A stretch of 64,000 bases of DNA from an uncultured Armatimonadetes bacterium (GCA_963716175.1 OY970296.1:1920001-1984000); one strand, 5' to 3'; positions 10,142 to 21,312 are shown, numbered from the stretch's first letter. The notes: generated by a model from the sequence alone, not told the origin. A program made the numbers and translations.

Positions 10142-11206
10142 CTACGGAGTCTTGTAGGCGCTCAGGTCCAACACCACGGGATAGCCGCTGTTTTCCTTCA
10201 GCGTCAGGCTCTTCAGAGCAACGCCCTTGGGGACCGAGAACGCCAGGCGGAACTTGATGGAATCTCCCTGCTTCACGCTTGGCTCGAAGCGTCGGTTTGA
10301 GCTGGCCGGCATGGGGCCGTACTGGATCTCGTAGCTCACCCCATCGGCGTCCTTCAATGCCATTCCCGAGGTAGGAGATCCGCTGCCACCCAGCCCGCTC
10401 GACCCCTCGCCGAAGTACTTGCACTCAAAGGTAGCCACAACGTAATCATTGTTCGCGTCATAGCCTTCGTCGGCGAACGGAGGTGTGGCGAAATCCACCT
10501 TCTCCACCTTGGTGTCGAAATTGCCGGTGGTGTAGAAAACGCCGAACGCGCCGGGAATCACCTTCGCCACCGTCGCTCCCGTCTGGTCGCTCGGATCGGC
10601 ATACGGCGCCGCCAGCGGCTTCACCTTGCCGTGCAAGTCGTAGCGCGCGACCGGCGTGCCCGCGTCCGCGTGGTTGGCCGCCATCAGCTTGGGCACGGCC
10701 CCCTCTCCCGCCACGCGGATGACCGCAAACACTTCGATCTTCTGCGCCGGCTTCATCGCCTGGTCGAGCGTCTTGTGCGTCTGGTCGTCCACCCCGACGC
10801 CCAGGTACTCCTGATTCTTGTTTTGGCTCTTGGCGTCCACCGCGGTCCAGGAGATGGTGCTGTAGTCCACGTGCTGTTCCCGCGGGAGCGGGTTGTGGAG
10901 CGTGTAGTGGATAACAAGGAGCTTCTCCCCTTCGTTGGGCCAGAAGAAGCGGTCCCCTACCTTTACGTGCCCCACCGTGTACTCGGCGCTCTTCAGAGTC
11001 AGGTTCATGGCGTCGGCCTTCCCGAGGGTGTAGGCCTTGCCCAGATCACACCACTCCCCGGGCAACTGGGAGGTGCCAATGGAGCCGAGTTTGGGCTTCG
11101 GCTTCGCCCTGGTCGGGGTCGGTTTCTTGGCCGCCAGTGACGCGGCGGCTGTGCCCAAGAGGACTACGAGCATGAAAAGCGACAGACTGCTACATCGGCG
11201 CTTCAC
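10142..11206 (-). CDS. Secreted hypothetical protein with two DUF4352-like Ig folds
   Basis: AAAGGAG RBS, GTG start, signal peptide; C-terminal IKFRLAFSVPK pattern. Confidence 0.65.
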   Translation of the reverse strand: MKRRCSSLSLFMLVVLLGTAAASLAAKKPTPTRAKPKPKLGSIGTSQLPGEWCDLGKAYTLGKADAMNLTLKSAEYTVGHVKVGDRFFWPNEGEKLLVIHYTLHNPLPREQHVDYSTISWTAVDAKSQNKNQEYLGVGVDDQTHKTLDQAMKPAQKIEVFAVIRVAGEGAVPKLMAANHADAGTPVARYDLHGKVKPLAAPYADPSDQTGATVAKVIPGAFGVFYTTGNFDTKVEKVDFATPPFADEGYDANNDYVVATFECKYFGEGSSGLGGSGSPTSGMALKDADGVSYEIQYGPMPASSNRRFEPSVKQGDSIKFRLAFSVPKGVALKSLTLKENSGYPVVLDLSAYKTP

Positions 11207-11258
11207 TCTGTTTCTCCTTTGCCATGTTGATGCCGAACGCACGACTTCGGGGGCCCGT

Positions 11259-11353
11259 AGTGTACCAAGACAGATCTGAGGCATCCAGAAAGCCAAGGGC
11301 CTCGGTTCCTGGGCACCGTCGGGGTTGACTTCTCGGCGCGGGCGCGGCATCCT
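11259..11353 (-). promoter_or_regulatory. Conserved ~95-bp promoter-like module (copy 1)
   Basis: Close match to 30169-30264; ends in TGGTACACT (extended -10) about 50 bp before the start codon. Confidence 0.6.
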
Positions 11354-11500
11354 GCGTGTCTCGGCCCCCATAGGGCCGTCCTGGGCGGGTTCTGGGCTTG
11401 CGCCGGCTGACTCCCTCCCCTACCATCTGGGGCCGGTAGGCGGTGCCTTCGGGTGCCGCCCAATGCCCAGGCGTCAGCACGCGTGGAGACCATTGCGGAT

Positions 11501-11660
11501 GTCCCCGTACACCCCCGACTCCGGCTACCCCCTCGGCTCGGAGTCACGGCCCGGGGCTCAGTCGCGTAGCGTCGAGCTGGGGCTCTTCCCGGACACGCGG
11601 GTCACGCCTTTCCGGCTAGCGGCGTGATGTCAGGCCGGCTCCGCGGGCGCTTCACAGGCA
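11501..11660 (+). repeat. Array repeat R3 (full length); a solo arm follows at 11738-11757
   Basis: Core and distal arm match the consensus. Confidence 0.9.
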
Positions 11661-11956
11661 CAGCTGGGCTTACCGTCGGGGTGCCGCCCGCGTGCGGCCA
11701 GTTGCTCAGCTAACCTCCGCCGTGCTAGAGACCTCCGAGGCCGGCTTCACGGGCGCTCGACACCCACACCCGGGCCTACGGCGTTGGCCGGCGCCGGCCG
11801 GCGCCGGAATGCTGGCATACCGGGACGAGTACAACAACTACCCCCACAATGACGGCGGGATCTCGGAGGAGGGGCCGTACACCCTCGCGGTGAACGCGCC
11901 GAAGAAGGCCGGGTATTGAGAGGGGACGTCGGGCTCCCAGTGACAATGGGGACAGG

Positions 11957-13198
11957 CTAGGTCCGGTAGGCCTCCCGCAGCGACTCGCTGAAGGCGTTGA
12001 CAGCGTAGTCGATCTCGTCGTTGGTGTGGGCGACGGATTCGTACATGACGGGGTAGGGGATGATGCCGCGGCGGTAGAGGCCGCGGAAGAGTTCGGTCTG
12101 GTACGCGCCCGGGTCGCGGCGGCTGGAGTCGCCAGCGCCTTCGTCCGGGGCGAATATCATCTGCGGGCAGACCGGGAGCCCGACCATGCGGAAGGGGATG
12201 CCCTGGCGGGCTGCCGCTTCGTTGACGCCGGTTTGCAGACGTTCGGCTAGCTGCCAGAGCCGGCCAATGACGTCCTGATCGCGGTAAATGCTGAGCACGA
12301 CTTCCGCGGCGGCGAGGGAAACCGCTTCTCCACCGTACGTGATGGAAATACTGGGCCACTGCTCCATAATATCGCGGCGGCCGGTGACGGCGGCGAGGGG
12401 ATAACCGTTGGCGATGCCTTTGGCGAAGGCGGCGAGGTCGGGGACGACGCCGAAGTACTCGTGAATCCCCCCGCGGCGGACGCGAAACCCGGTGACGATC
12501 TCATCGACGACGAGCAGGACGCCATAGCGCTGGGTGAGCGCGCGGACGTCGGCCAGGAACGGATCGCCCGGGCGCATGGCCGCGTAGTCGCCGGAGATGC
12601 AGACGCAGGCCGTTTCGCTCCCATGGGCCTTGAGGTACTCGGCGTAGGCGTCAGTACGGCCATAGGGAAGATTGACGAAGAGCGCGCGCAGGGCAGCGGG
12701 CTGCGTGTCGTCCATATTCAGGCCCCAGCCGTGGTAGCCGCAGGTGACGACGCGATCCCGGTGAGTGAAGTGGCGAGCCACTCTGGTCGTCGCGTGCATG
12801 GCCTCGCCACCGCCCTTGAAGAAGCGCACCATCTCCGCACAGGGCACGAGATCGATCATGAGCTTGGCGACGCGGCGTTCAAGGTCGACCGGCAGCGACG
12901 TGACGACAACGCGGTCGATCTGCTCTTTTGCGGCTCTGTTAACCTCCGGATGGCAGTAACCGAGGGTGATGGGGCCGCAGCTCAGTCGGAAGTCGATGTA
13001 CTCGTTGCCGTCGATGTCCCAGACACGGCTGCCGTGAGCCCGGTCGATCTGGGCCGGCTGGTCGTCTGACAGTGCTGCAGAGGGGCGCTTGGAGCTTGTG
13101 CCTGTGCCCCAGGGAAGCACCTGGCAGGCCTCGCGGTATTGCTGCCAGGAACGCTGTACTCCATGCTGCCGACTTCCGAGGCGTGACAGACCACTCAT
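11957..13198 (-). CDS. Class III PLP aminotransferase (glutamate-1-semialdehyde aminomutase-like)
   Basis: WDIDGNEYID, DEIVTGFR, PDLAAFAKGIANG. Confidence 0.9.
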   Translation of the reverse strand: MSGLSRLGSRQHGVQRSWQQYREACQVLPWGTGTSSKRPSAALSDDQPAQIDRAHGSRVWDIDGNEYIDFRLSCGPITLGYCHPEVNRAAKEQIDRVVVTSLPVDLERRVAKLMIDLVPCAEMVRFFKGGGEAMHATTRVARHFTHRDRVVTCGYHGWGLNMDDTQPAALRALFVNLPYGRTDAYAEYLKAHGSETACVCISGDYAAMRPGDPFLADVRALTQRYGVLLVVDEIVTGFRVRRGGIHEYFGVVPDLAAFAKGIANGYPLAAVTGRRDIMEQWPSISITYGGEAVSLAAAEVVLSIYRDQDVIGRLWQLAERLQTGVNEAAARQGIPFRMVGLPVCPQMIFAPDEGAGDSSRRDPGAYQTELFRGLYRRGIIPYPVMYESVAHTNDEIDYAVNAFSESLREAYRT

Positions 13199-13337
13199 GC
13201 TATCCTCCATCCGGTAATGCCCAGCATAGATGACACCTGATCTCAGCTTCTACTTGAACCTCAAGGCCACCCGGGAGCATGGGTGTCCGCTCCACACGTC
13301 AACAGGGCCGCCGTTCGCCCTCGCAAACTATCCTCGC

Positions 13338-13500
13338 CGACGGCCCCGGGCAGCCTCGACTCCGGCCACGCCCTCGGCTGCGAGTCACGGCCCGGGTTTC
13401 GTCGCGGGTCGTCGAGCGAGGGCTCTTCCCGGACACGCGGGTCACAGCCTTTCGGTTGGCGGCGTGATCTCAGGCCGGCTTCACGGGCGCTTCACAGGCA
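13338..13500 (+). repeat. Array repeat R4 (full length)
   Basis: Core variant GACTCCGGCCACGCCCTCGGCTGCGAGTCA plus distal arm. Confidence 0.9.
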
Positions 13501-13557
13501 CATGGGTGTTCATCTCAGCCCGGCGCCTCTCATGTCGCCAGCAGCCTGCACTGCAGC

Positions 13558-14603
13558 CTAGTCCCAGGCGAGCCCCGGCGCTTGCGGCAGGTTCACGCAG
13601 CCGTCCTCCAGCTTCATCGGAGAATCGGCCGATAGCAGTCCCAGTTCCACGTACAGCGCGTTGGGCAGACAGGCCATCACGTTCATCTGCGCCGCCTCAC
13701 CGCCGTGCGAGGCATAGGGTCGCCGGAACGCGTCCGCCATCAGCCCGATCTGCAGCAGCGCCGTGGGCCCGCCCGCGCGCCGCAGGTCGGGCTGCACGAT
13801 GTCAACCGCGTTGTGGCGCAAGAAGCGTGCGAAATCGTGCTTGGTATACAGGTTCTCACCTGTCGCCACCGGGATGTCAAGCGCTTCGGCCAGTGCCGCG
13901 TACCCATCCACGTCCTGCGCCGGGAGTGGCTCTTCCCACCAGTAGCAGCCCAGGTCCTGGAAGGCCCGGCCTCGTCTGATCGCTTCCGCCGTCGTGAGCG
14001 CCTGATTCGCGTCCACCATGAGCCGCGTCTCGCCACCCACCGCGCGGCGCACCAGCTCGACGCGCTTCACATCCTGCTGCAGCGTTTCGAAGCCCACCTT
14101 GATCTTCACCGCGCGATAGCCTTGTTCGACGGCACGAGCACAAACGCGCTGCACCTTATCATCGGAGTAGTTCAGCCAGCCGACCATGGCATAAGCGGGG
14201 ATGCGGTCGTGCACCGCCCCCCACAGCTTCCAACACGGGACTCCGTGCGCTTTGCCCAGGCAATCCCAGAGCGCGGTGTCGACCGCGGCTATCCCCCACA
14301 TGGCCAGGCCGAACGATCCGTGGTACTCGGTTTCGCGCAGCATCGCCTCGTGGGTGGCCCGCACCATCGTCGGGTCGGTTCCGAGCGCCACCGGCGCGAG
14401 CTCGCGCTCGACCAGCGCCGCCAACGTCTCCGGCCCGCCCACGATGCGGCCGAAGTACACATCTCCTCGCCCCGCGATCCCCTCGTCGGTCTCGATGCGC
14501 ACCTCCACCGTCCCCGCGCCCCCCAGCACCTGCAGTGCATCGCGAAGGGGGTCAGGGGCGGGGGACGGGGGTGAGGCACGGCGTTGATCTTCGTGACCTT
14601 CAT
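13558..14603 (-). CDS. Mandelate racemase/muconate lactonizing enzyme family (apparent frameshift near 14570)
   Basis: MKVTKINAV start lies in a different frame from the body; KIKVG, MVDANQ, WEEP, TGEN, QPD motifs; shift is in C-rich runs. Confidence 0.85.
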
Positions 14604-14792
14604 CTCCCAGTTCCTCCCAACGCAGCCCCCAGCGCTCGACCATCGTGATGTACTGAAACTGATCTGGGGGTTTCTTCGGCAGGTGCCGAGCGGGACCTGC
14701 CCTCTCGCGTGGTTGGTGGGTCAGGTTTCGGATGGCTCGCGCATCGCCGAAACGGAGTCGACGGCGCCCGGCCACCCCCAACTCCGGCTCCC

Positions 14793-16085
14793 TGTGCGGA
14801 CCGGTTACATGGGTAACGGATGTGCCGAGTACATAGGTAACACTTCTACTCCGCCTTCGGGCACTCCCCTAGTGTCAGGCGTTTGATCACCTGATGGCAG
14901 AAGAGCACCTCCACCAGGCCGTCGATATCAGTGGCGCGCACGGCCACCGGCTGACCGCGGAAGGCCTTGGAAACGGGCAGCAGACGCCCCCCGAAGTGCA
15001 CCTCGCCCCCACGCTGCACCTTGCGCACCGGCAGCCCCGGCGGGTACTGGATCGGCTCCAGCTGCGCGGGGTAGGCGCGCAGGCTGGGCTGGTAGCGACT
15101 TGCCGGCACCTCCAGCGCGAGCGCCTCGTGAGGGCGCAGGAAGTTATATTGCTCCCGCCACGGATCCAGGTGCGCCTGCAGGTGCTCCCCGTCTCGCCAC
15201 TGGTGCCGCGCCAGCAGCTCTCGCTGCAAGCTGCCATGGAAGCGTTCATCCTTGCCCACGGTCTGGGGATGGTAGGGCCGAGAGTGAGTCACGTATATCC
15301 CCAGCCGCATCAGCCACACCGCCAGCGCCCCATATGCGTCCGCGGCCAGATCTCCCCAGGGACCTCCATTGTCCGACAGCATCGCCTCCGGCACCCCATA
15401 GTGCCGGAAAGCGGCCACTAGCGCCGCCTGCACGGAGCACCCGTCCTGCTTGGGCAGCGCCTGCAGAGAGAGGGCAAAGCGAGAATGATCGTCCAGCACG
15501 CTCAGCACGTGCTGGGGACCCGTCTGCGTCGCTACCGGCGCCTTGAAGTCCATCTGCCAGAGGTCGTTGGGCAGTGGGCGCTCGAAACGCACCCAGGGGC
15601 GCTGACCCGCAGGCGAGTCCGCACCGATGAGCGCGTGCCGATGCAGGGTCGCGGTAATGGAGCTGGTGGCTGGCACGGGGTGGAGGCCCTGGTTGCGGAG
15701 CAGCCGGCGAAGCTTGCGGGCTCCCCAGCACGGGTGCGCCTGGCGGAGCGCCACGATTGCCTGCTGGGTGGCTGCCGGCAGTTGCGGGCGCCTCCGGTGG
15801 GGCCGGCGGGAGTGATCCCGCAAGCCCACTTCCCCGGCCTCAGCAAAGCGATAACACCATTTGTAGCCGATCCTGGGGCTGATGCCGAAGCGGCGGCACA
15901 GATCCCGAAACGGCACCCTCCCCTGCTGGGCGAACATCACAAACTCCCGTCGCTGCTGCTCCACGGTAACTGGCTCCCAGGGCATGGCCCCTCTCCTCTA
16001 GGAAGAGATGCATGCCTCTATAGTAACCGCTTGCCCGTTACCTATGTATCCGGTACGAGTGTTACCTATCTATCCAGTCTGTACA
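14793..16085 (-). mobile_element. IS481-family insertion sequence, copy 1 (1293 bp, 5-bp TSD CTCCC)
   Basis: TGT...ACA ends, two tandem ACATRGGTAAC-type units at each end, same length and translation as 53971-55263. Confidence 0.95.
14846..15985 (-). CDS. IS481-family DDE transposase
   Basis: MPW start, HTH, WQMDFK, LDDHSR, SDNG, HPQTVGKDERFH. Confidence 0.95.
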   Translation of the reverse strand: MPWEPVTVEQQRREFVMFAQQGRVPFRDLCRRFGISPRIGYKWCYRFAEAGEVGLRDHSRRPHRRRPQLPAATQQAIVALRQAHPCWGARKLRRLLRNQGLHPVPATSSITATLHRHALIGADSPAGQRPWVRFERPLPNDLWQMDFKAPVATQTGPQHVLSVLDDHSRFALSLQALPKQDGCSVQAALVAAFRHYGVPEAMLSDNGGPWGDLAADAYGALAVWLMRLGIYVTHSRPYHPQTVGKDERFHGSLQRELLARHQWRDGEHLQAHLDPWREQYNFLRPHEALALEVPASRYQPSLRAYPAQLEPIQYPPGLPVRKVQRGGEVHFGGRLLPVSKAFRGQPVAVRATDIDGLVEVLFCHQVIKRLTLGECPKAE

Positions 16086-16220
16086 CTCCCCCCTCGGCTG
16101 GAGTCGCTGCCTGGGGTTCGGTCATGGATAGTGGTCAGAACCGCGGGTCATTCTGCACTGGCCCGGGTCAGAGCAAGGCTGCGGCGGTCTCAGGGCGAAA
16201 TGACTACTTCAGGAGGTCTT

Positions 16221-19200
16221 GTGCAGGCCATGCGGAGTTCGACTGTCTTCCCCAGTTCCCGATGGCAATCCGCTCTGCGATGTGGTGTGTTCGCGCTGCT
16301 GGTCATCATGTTCGCCCTTGCTTCGGAGGTTGGAATGGCTGACGCTCTCCAGTCGCCTGGGAACGCCGCGCCCGCGCGCATCTGCCGCTGGTACGGCGGC
16401 AAGAAGGCAGCTGTGAGCCTGCGTTTCGATGACTCGGATCCCAGTCACATCGAGCAGGCCGTGCCGGCGCTGAACGAATACGACCTGATCGGCACCTTCC
16501 TGGTGAACCCCGGAACCGATGACTACCCTAGGCACAAGGCGGTCTGGGAGGGGCCGGTGCTCCAGCGCGGACACGAGCTGGGCAATCACACGATGAACCA
16601 TGCAGGCGCCGATGCGGACGAGGAGGCCGAACAGCAGATCGGCGGGGCGGCGGAGCTGCTCCACCGGCTGCAGCCTCGGCTGAAGCTGCTCGTCTTCGGG
16701 CCCGGGGGCGGGACCCGCTGGTTTCAGCGGAAGAGCCTGGAGTTCTTCGAGGCCAAGTATGGCCTGGTTTCCGCGGGCGAAGCCGCCAGTGGATGGGCGA
16801 TGTCGTGCACCGAGACATATTCGAGCTGGAGCGTTCCGCGGTTCGCCGCGGAACTGGAGCAGGCCGTGGCACAGGGGGTCTGGTTCCGGCCCTACTTCCA
16901 CGAGATCCGGGAACGGCCCGGCAGCCTGTCCATGAGGCCGGAGACCTTCCGGCAGGTTCTGGGTGTCGTGCAGGCCCATCGTGCCGACCTGTGGCAGGCC
17001 GGCATGAGCGCGATCCACCAGTACGAACGAGAGCGCCTCGAGGCGCACCTGTGGGTGCACGCCACCGGCGCGGACACCGTCGCCCTCTCTCTCACCTCCG
17101 CCACCGATGGAAGCCTGTACACGCAGCCACTCACGATCGAGGTGGACTTGCCGGCCGAGGCCGACACAGTGGCCGTGACCGCGGAGACGGGGGAGACGAT
17201 ACCGGCTCGCATCGAGCAGGCCGACGGACACCGGGTGGCGCGCTTCGAGGTACGCCCGGCTGACCTGACCTACATCGCCCGCGCGAGGGGTGTCGGCGTG
17301 CACTGCCGGACGGGGGAGATGAAGCCGCCGGGCACACACCCCTACCTCCTCTTCACCGCCGCCGAAGCGCCCGCGGTTCTCGGCAAGACGAGCGACCCGT
17401 TGGCGAAGACGATGTGGGAGATGATCCTGCGGGCGGCCGACTCCTTTGTGGCCGAAGCCAAGTCGGAGAACCCGAAGGACCTGGTGATGTGGGACTGGTC
17501 CCGCCGCATCGAGGTGCTCGGCCTGGCCTACTCCCTTACCCACAACGAGGCCTACGGCCGGGTCGGGGCGAGGTTCCTCCTGACCGCGGCGAGAGATGAC
17601 TCATGGCATGGCGGGAAGACGGAGATGCGCGTCACCGGCGAGGTCATGGGAACGCTTGGCCTGGGCTATGACTGGCTATACGACGCCCTCACGGCGGAGC
17701 AGCGCGCGGAGTTACGCGACGTCGTGGTACGGTACGGCCTGGAGCCGTTCGCGCACGTCGCCGCCACGGGCGACTTCTGGACGGACTGGTATCGCGGCAA
17801 CTGGGGCGCCGTCATCTACAGCAACGCGGGACTCGCGGCGCTATCCCTCCTCGGCGAGGAACCCAGAGCGGCCGACTGGGTGCGCCTGTGCGAGCGGAAG
17901 CTGTGGCGCTACACCATGGCGATGGGAGAGGACGGCGGCTGGGGGGAGAGCGTGAGCTACGGGTCCTATGCGTGGTCCAACGGGCTGAAATTCCTGCGCG
18001 CGCTGCGCCGCGTTACCGGGGACAATCTACTCGACAGCCCCAGACTGCGTCGGCTCCCCTACTGGTTCATCAACCTGCTGGACACCGATCGGCGGAACTA
18101 CGTTCCCTTCTCCAACTGCGGCCTGGGGGTGAGCGCGTCTCCGGAGGTGTTGGCTCTTCTGGCCGGTGAGTACCGCGATGGGCATGTCCAGTCCGCGGCC
18201 CAGGAGTTGCTGGCGCGCCGGGAGCGGGCGGCCGTCTTCGCCTTCCTTTGGTATGACCCGAAGGTCGAAGCCGCGGCTCTCTCCGAGTTGCCCCTCACCC
18301 AGGTGTGGCCCGACCTCGGCTGGGCGATCATGCGGAGTTCGTGGGATGACCCCAAGGGCGTGCTCTTTGGCCTCAAGGGCGGTCAGCAGGACTGGGATCA
18401 CCTCCATCACGACCTCAACAGCTTCGTGCTCTACGCCTACGGCAAGCCCCTGATCGCAGAGCTGTGGTACCCGATGCGGGTATGGGGCTGCGAGACCGAG
18501 GCGCACAACACGATCATGGTGGCCGGCAAGGAGCAGTACGGAGAAGTCGGCATCATGGGCCAGGGCAGCGCTCCGGACTCCTACCACCGCGGGATCATCG
18601 GAGATGCGCTCGACACCGGCGGCGAGGCGTTGCGCACGCCGTGGTACACGCGGCTGGTGGGCGATGCCTCGTTGGCCTATGAGCCGAGTGACGTGCAGAG
18701 CTTCGTGCGCGAGGTCATGTACCTCCGGCACGCCGTGCCGACCGATCCGGATGACTACTTCGTGATGCTCGATGACGTCAGGGCCACACACCCCGCGCGG
18801 ATGGATTGGATGCTGCACACCTATGGCGACATCATGGCGTCCGGCCGCACGTTCACGATCGTGCAGGATGATGCGGCTGTGGAGGTCACCATGGTGGCGC
18901 CCGAGGAGTTCGTGGTGGAGAACCACGAGAAAAGCCTGGAGGAGATCAAGGCGCCCAAGCCCTTCGAGTCGGCCCGCGCCCTGAAGTACATCAAGGTGCG
19001 GGCGGCACAGCCGGCGGACCGGGGATGCTTCCTGTCCGTACTGGCCCCCCGGACCACCTCGGCCCCGAGCGGCGCACGCGTCACGCCCCTTCGCCAGTCA
19101 GGCGTGGTAGGGGTCATCGTCGACTCGGGCGGGACGCAGGACGTGGCGCTGTTCGCGCTCGACCAGCCGCAAATAGTGGCGGCCGGTGTGGAGGCGGCGG

Positions 19201-19553
19201 GCCGCTCTTGCTTCGTCCGGAGGTCGGGCGGCCAGGTCACGGCGGCGGCCTTGCAGCGCGGTCAGCGGCTGACGGTCGACGGAGTGCTGCTCCTGGAGAA
19301 CGGCAGCATCGGTCACGCCGCGCTCCGCTTCACGGAGAAGGCCGTCACCGCGACCATGGAGCTGTACGACGGCGTCCCAGTGCGGGTACATGCCGCCCGA
19401 CGCCCGGCCCGAGTCCTGATTGATGGCCAGGAGCACGCGTTCGAGTACGATCCCGAGCGTCAGTGCGTCACGTTCATCGAGTACTACCCGGACGGGCCGC
19501 GCGCCAAGCCTGTCGCCGGGTATCTACGCGAGGTGCAAGTGGTGCTGCAGTGA
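16221..19553 (+). CDS. Secreted polysaccharide deacetylase fused to a heparinase II/III-like lyase
   Basis: AGGAGG RBS; LRFDD and HELGNHTMNH (NodB-like); DGGWGESVSY, HLHHDLNSF, TEAHNTI (Hepar_II_III). Confidence 0.85.
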   Translation: MQAMRSSTVFPSSRWQSALRCGVFALLVIMFALASEVGMADALQSPGNAAPARICRWYGGKKAAVSLRFDDSDPSHIEQAVPALNEYDLIGTFLVNPGTDDYPRHKAVWEGPVLQRGHELGNHTMNHAGADADEEAEQQIGGAAELLHRLQPRLKLLVFGPGGGTRWFQRKSLEFFEAKYGLVSAGEAASGWAMSCTETYSSWSVPRFAAELEQAVAQGVWFRPYFHEIRERPGSLSMRPETFRQVLGVVQAHRADLWQAGMSAIHQYERERLEAHLWVHATGADTVALSLTSATDGSLYTQPLTIEVDLPAEADTVAVTAETGETIPARIEQADGHRVARFEVRPADLTYIARARGVGVHCRTGEMKPPGTHPYLLFTAAEAPAVLGKTSDPLAKTMWEMILRAADSFVAEAKSENPKDLVMWDWSRRIEVLGLAYSLTHNEAYGRVGARFLLTAARDDSWHGGKTEMRVTGEVMGTLGLGYDWLYDALTAEQRAELRDVVVRYGLEPFAHVAATGDFWTDWYRGNWGAVIYSNAGLAALSLLGEEPRAADWVRLCERKLWRYTMAMGEDGGWGESVSYGSYAWSNGLKFLRALRRVTGDNLLDSPRLRRLPYWFINLLDTDRRNYVPFSNCGLGVSASPEVLALLAGEYRDGHVQSAAQELLARRERAAVFAFLWYDPKVEAAALSELPLTQVWPDLGWAIMRSSWDDPKGVLFGLKGGQQDWDHLHHDLNSFVLYAYGKPLIAELWYPMRVWGCETEAHNTIMVAGKEQYGEVGIMGQGSAPDSYHRGIIGDALDTGGEALRTPWYTRLVGDASLAYEPSDVQSFVREVMYLRHAVPTDPDDYFVMLDDVRATHPARMDWMLHTYGDIMASGRTFTIVQDDAAVEVTMVAPEEFVVENHEKSLEEIKAPKPFESARALKYIKVRAAQPADRGCFLSVLAPRTTSAPSGARVTPLRQSGVVGVIVDSGGTQDVALFALDQPQIVAAGVEAAGRSCFVRRSGGQVTAAALQRGQRLTVDGVLLLENGSIGHAALRFTEKAVTATMELYDGVPVRVHAARRPARVLIDGQEHAFEYDPERQCVTFIEYYPDGPRAKPVAGYLREVQVVLQ

Positions 19554-19917
19554 TGATCGCTTGGCCGGGGCCAAGAGAGCGGGTGGCACACCGGGAGTTC
19601 GTCCTCGGACGGCTGCGAGGCGCTCGCCACGTGGCGAGCCGTGCGGCAGGCGGCGAGGGTGTTGATGGAAGCAGATGGCCTGTCAGAGGGAGATCCCTAC
19701 TGCAAGTTGCGCCGGCGGACATCGGAACGTCGGGTCACGTTGAGAGTGGTGGCAGACGAGATCGTCACCGGCACCAGCAACGGCTGACCTAGCCCTGATC
19801 CCGGCGCTGCCGTCAGAACCGGTGCTGTGCACCCGGCTTCTGCGTGTGACGGGCGCTATATGCCTTGCCACAGGGCCGGTCACACGCGTTGGGCCCAACC
19901 CCACGAAGCATCCCGAG

Positions 19918-19985
19918 CGACGACCCGGGTATCCCCCGACTCCGGCTACCCCCTCGGCTTGGGGTCACTGCGCGCGGTTCCCCCG
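19918..19985 (+). repeat. Array repeat R6 (short)
   Basis: Core match; abuts the stop codon of the next gene. Confidence 0.85.
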
Positions 19986-19986
19986 C

Positions 19987-21312
19987 TTACCTGGCGCGCA
20001 CCACCGCTGCCCATTGTCCCGGGCCTGGCGCCTGCAAGCGTGCCGATCTGCCGGCCGCCGCCTGCGCTTCGCGGGTCCACTGGGCCTGGCCGATATCGTA
20101 CCAGCGGATGGTGGCACCGCCTGAGGAGCCCGTCACGTCGAGTTCTGCCGCGCCGCCATCAGTGAAGTACACGGCATACTCCAGGCCGGGCCGCGCCAGG
20201 CAGTAGGCAACATCGTCTCCGTCCGTATGCAGCAGGTCCTGTCGCGGCTCGCAGGCGAACACGTCCAGGGCTGCCGTCACCGCGCGAGCGCTTCGCATCA
20301 TCTGCTGGGCCATTTCGGTGAATGCGAGGTGCTTCTCATGGAACCGGGCAGAGGCCGCGCCCCCGATGATGTTCCGCCAGAAGCGCGCCATCCCGTCCTG
20401 GGCGGTGCCGAAGTACGTGTTGCCATAGATCTTCACATTGCTCAGCGGTCGAGGCCTGGCCGCGATGCGGTTGCGCACGTACTGGATCCCATCATAGTGG
20501 GCGCGACCGAACTGGAGGTTGTTCTGCGCCATCTCGATGTAGTCGAAGAGATCGGGCCGGTCAATCACGTGCAGGTGCTCGGGATCGCGCATATCCTTCG
20601 GGTCTCGCATTTCCGTGATGTAGACTGTCCTCCCGGCCTCTGCCGCCCGCTTCCGAACGTGCCGCGCCCAGTACTCTCCCCACTTGGGCGTCACCATGGT
20701 CTCGTTGTTCATACAGTACAGCACGTGGTCGTAGCGTAGGGTGTGAGCGAGCACTCGGTCAACAAACCTCTGCTGATAGCGCAGCACCTCCTTCAGATCG
20801 TGCTCCTCAGGGACGCTCCAGAAGAAGGTATTCTCGGCCTTCGAAGGTTCGCTGTCCACGACAGTCGGAAGCCCGGTGGTCTCAGCCGAGTAGTTTGTGT
20901 TGTTCGCCGGGTTGAACGGACTGACGCGCCAGGGATCGCGGTAGTAGTCGAAGGTGGCCCAGAGCTCGCAGTCGGTGACGATCCCTCGTGCCGCGGTTTC
21001 CCGCAGGAACAGCTCGAACCGGTCCCAGTACTCTTCGTTCCACTGATCCAGGTCGTAGCGGTCACCGACTCGGGCGAACGGATAACGGCCGGTCGTCTCC
21101 TGGCCAGACATCAAGCAGCGCGTCCAGTTGCCGCCGACCGCGACCAGGGCGTCGAGGTACTCCACCAGGTTCGGCAGGTGGAAGACACCAATATCGGCCA
21201 CCCCCTCCGCACGCGGCGACCCGCCTAGAAGCAGCATCGGCACTCCATCGAGCTGCCAGTAGTACCTGTTGCCGGGGTAGATGCTGACGCCTTGCTCGCG
21301 GCTAGTTGTCAC
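19987..21312 (-). CDS. Putative glycoside hydrolase with C-terminal collagen-binding-like domain
   Basis: YDLDQWNEEYWDRF, YCMNNE, C-terminal YAVYF...RWYD...APGPGQW. Confidence 0.65.
   Translation of the reverse strand: MTTSREQGVSIYPGNRYYWQLDGVPMLLLGGSPRAEGVADIGVFHLPNLVEYLDALVAVGGNWTRCLMSGQETTGRYPFARVGDRYDLDQWNEEYWDRFELFLRETAARGIVTDCELWATFDYYRDPWRVSPFNPANNTNYSAETTGLPTVVDSEPSKAENTFFWSVPEEHDLKEVLRYQQRFVDRVLAHTLRYDHVLYCMNNETMVTPKWGEYWARHVRKRAAEAGRTVYITEMRDPKDMRDPEHLHVIDRPDLFDYIEMAQNNLQFGRAHYDGIQYVRNRIAARPRPLSNVKIYGNTYFGTAQDGMARFWRNIIGGAASARFHEKHLAFTEMAQQMMRSARAVTAALDVFACEPRQDLLHTDGDDVAYCLARPGLEYAVYFTDGGAAELDVTGSSGGATIRWYDIGQAQWTREAQAAAGRSARLQAPGPGQWAAVVRAR

Larger units (their letters stand above)
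14759..16125 (+). repeat. Array repeat R5, split by IS481
   Basis: ACTCCGG-CTCCC [IS] CTCCC-CCCTCGGCTGGAGTC. Confidence 0.9.

Noticed and set aside
11700-11725. CAGCTAACCTC resembling the 3' end of the c-di-AMP (ydaO) riboswitch
   Set aside because: The 5' conserved elements (GCTGAATCC, GGAGGAACC) are missing.
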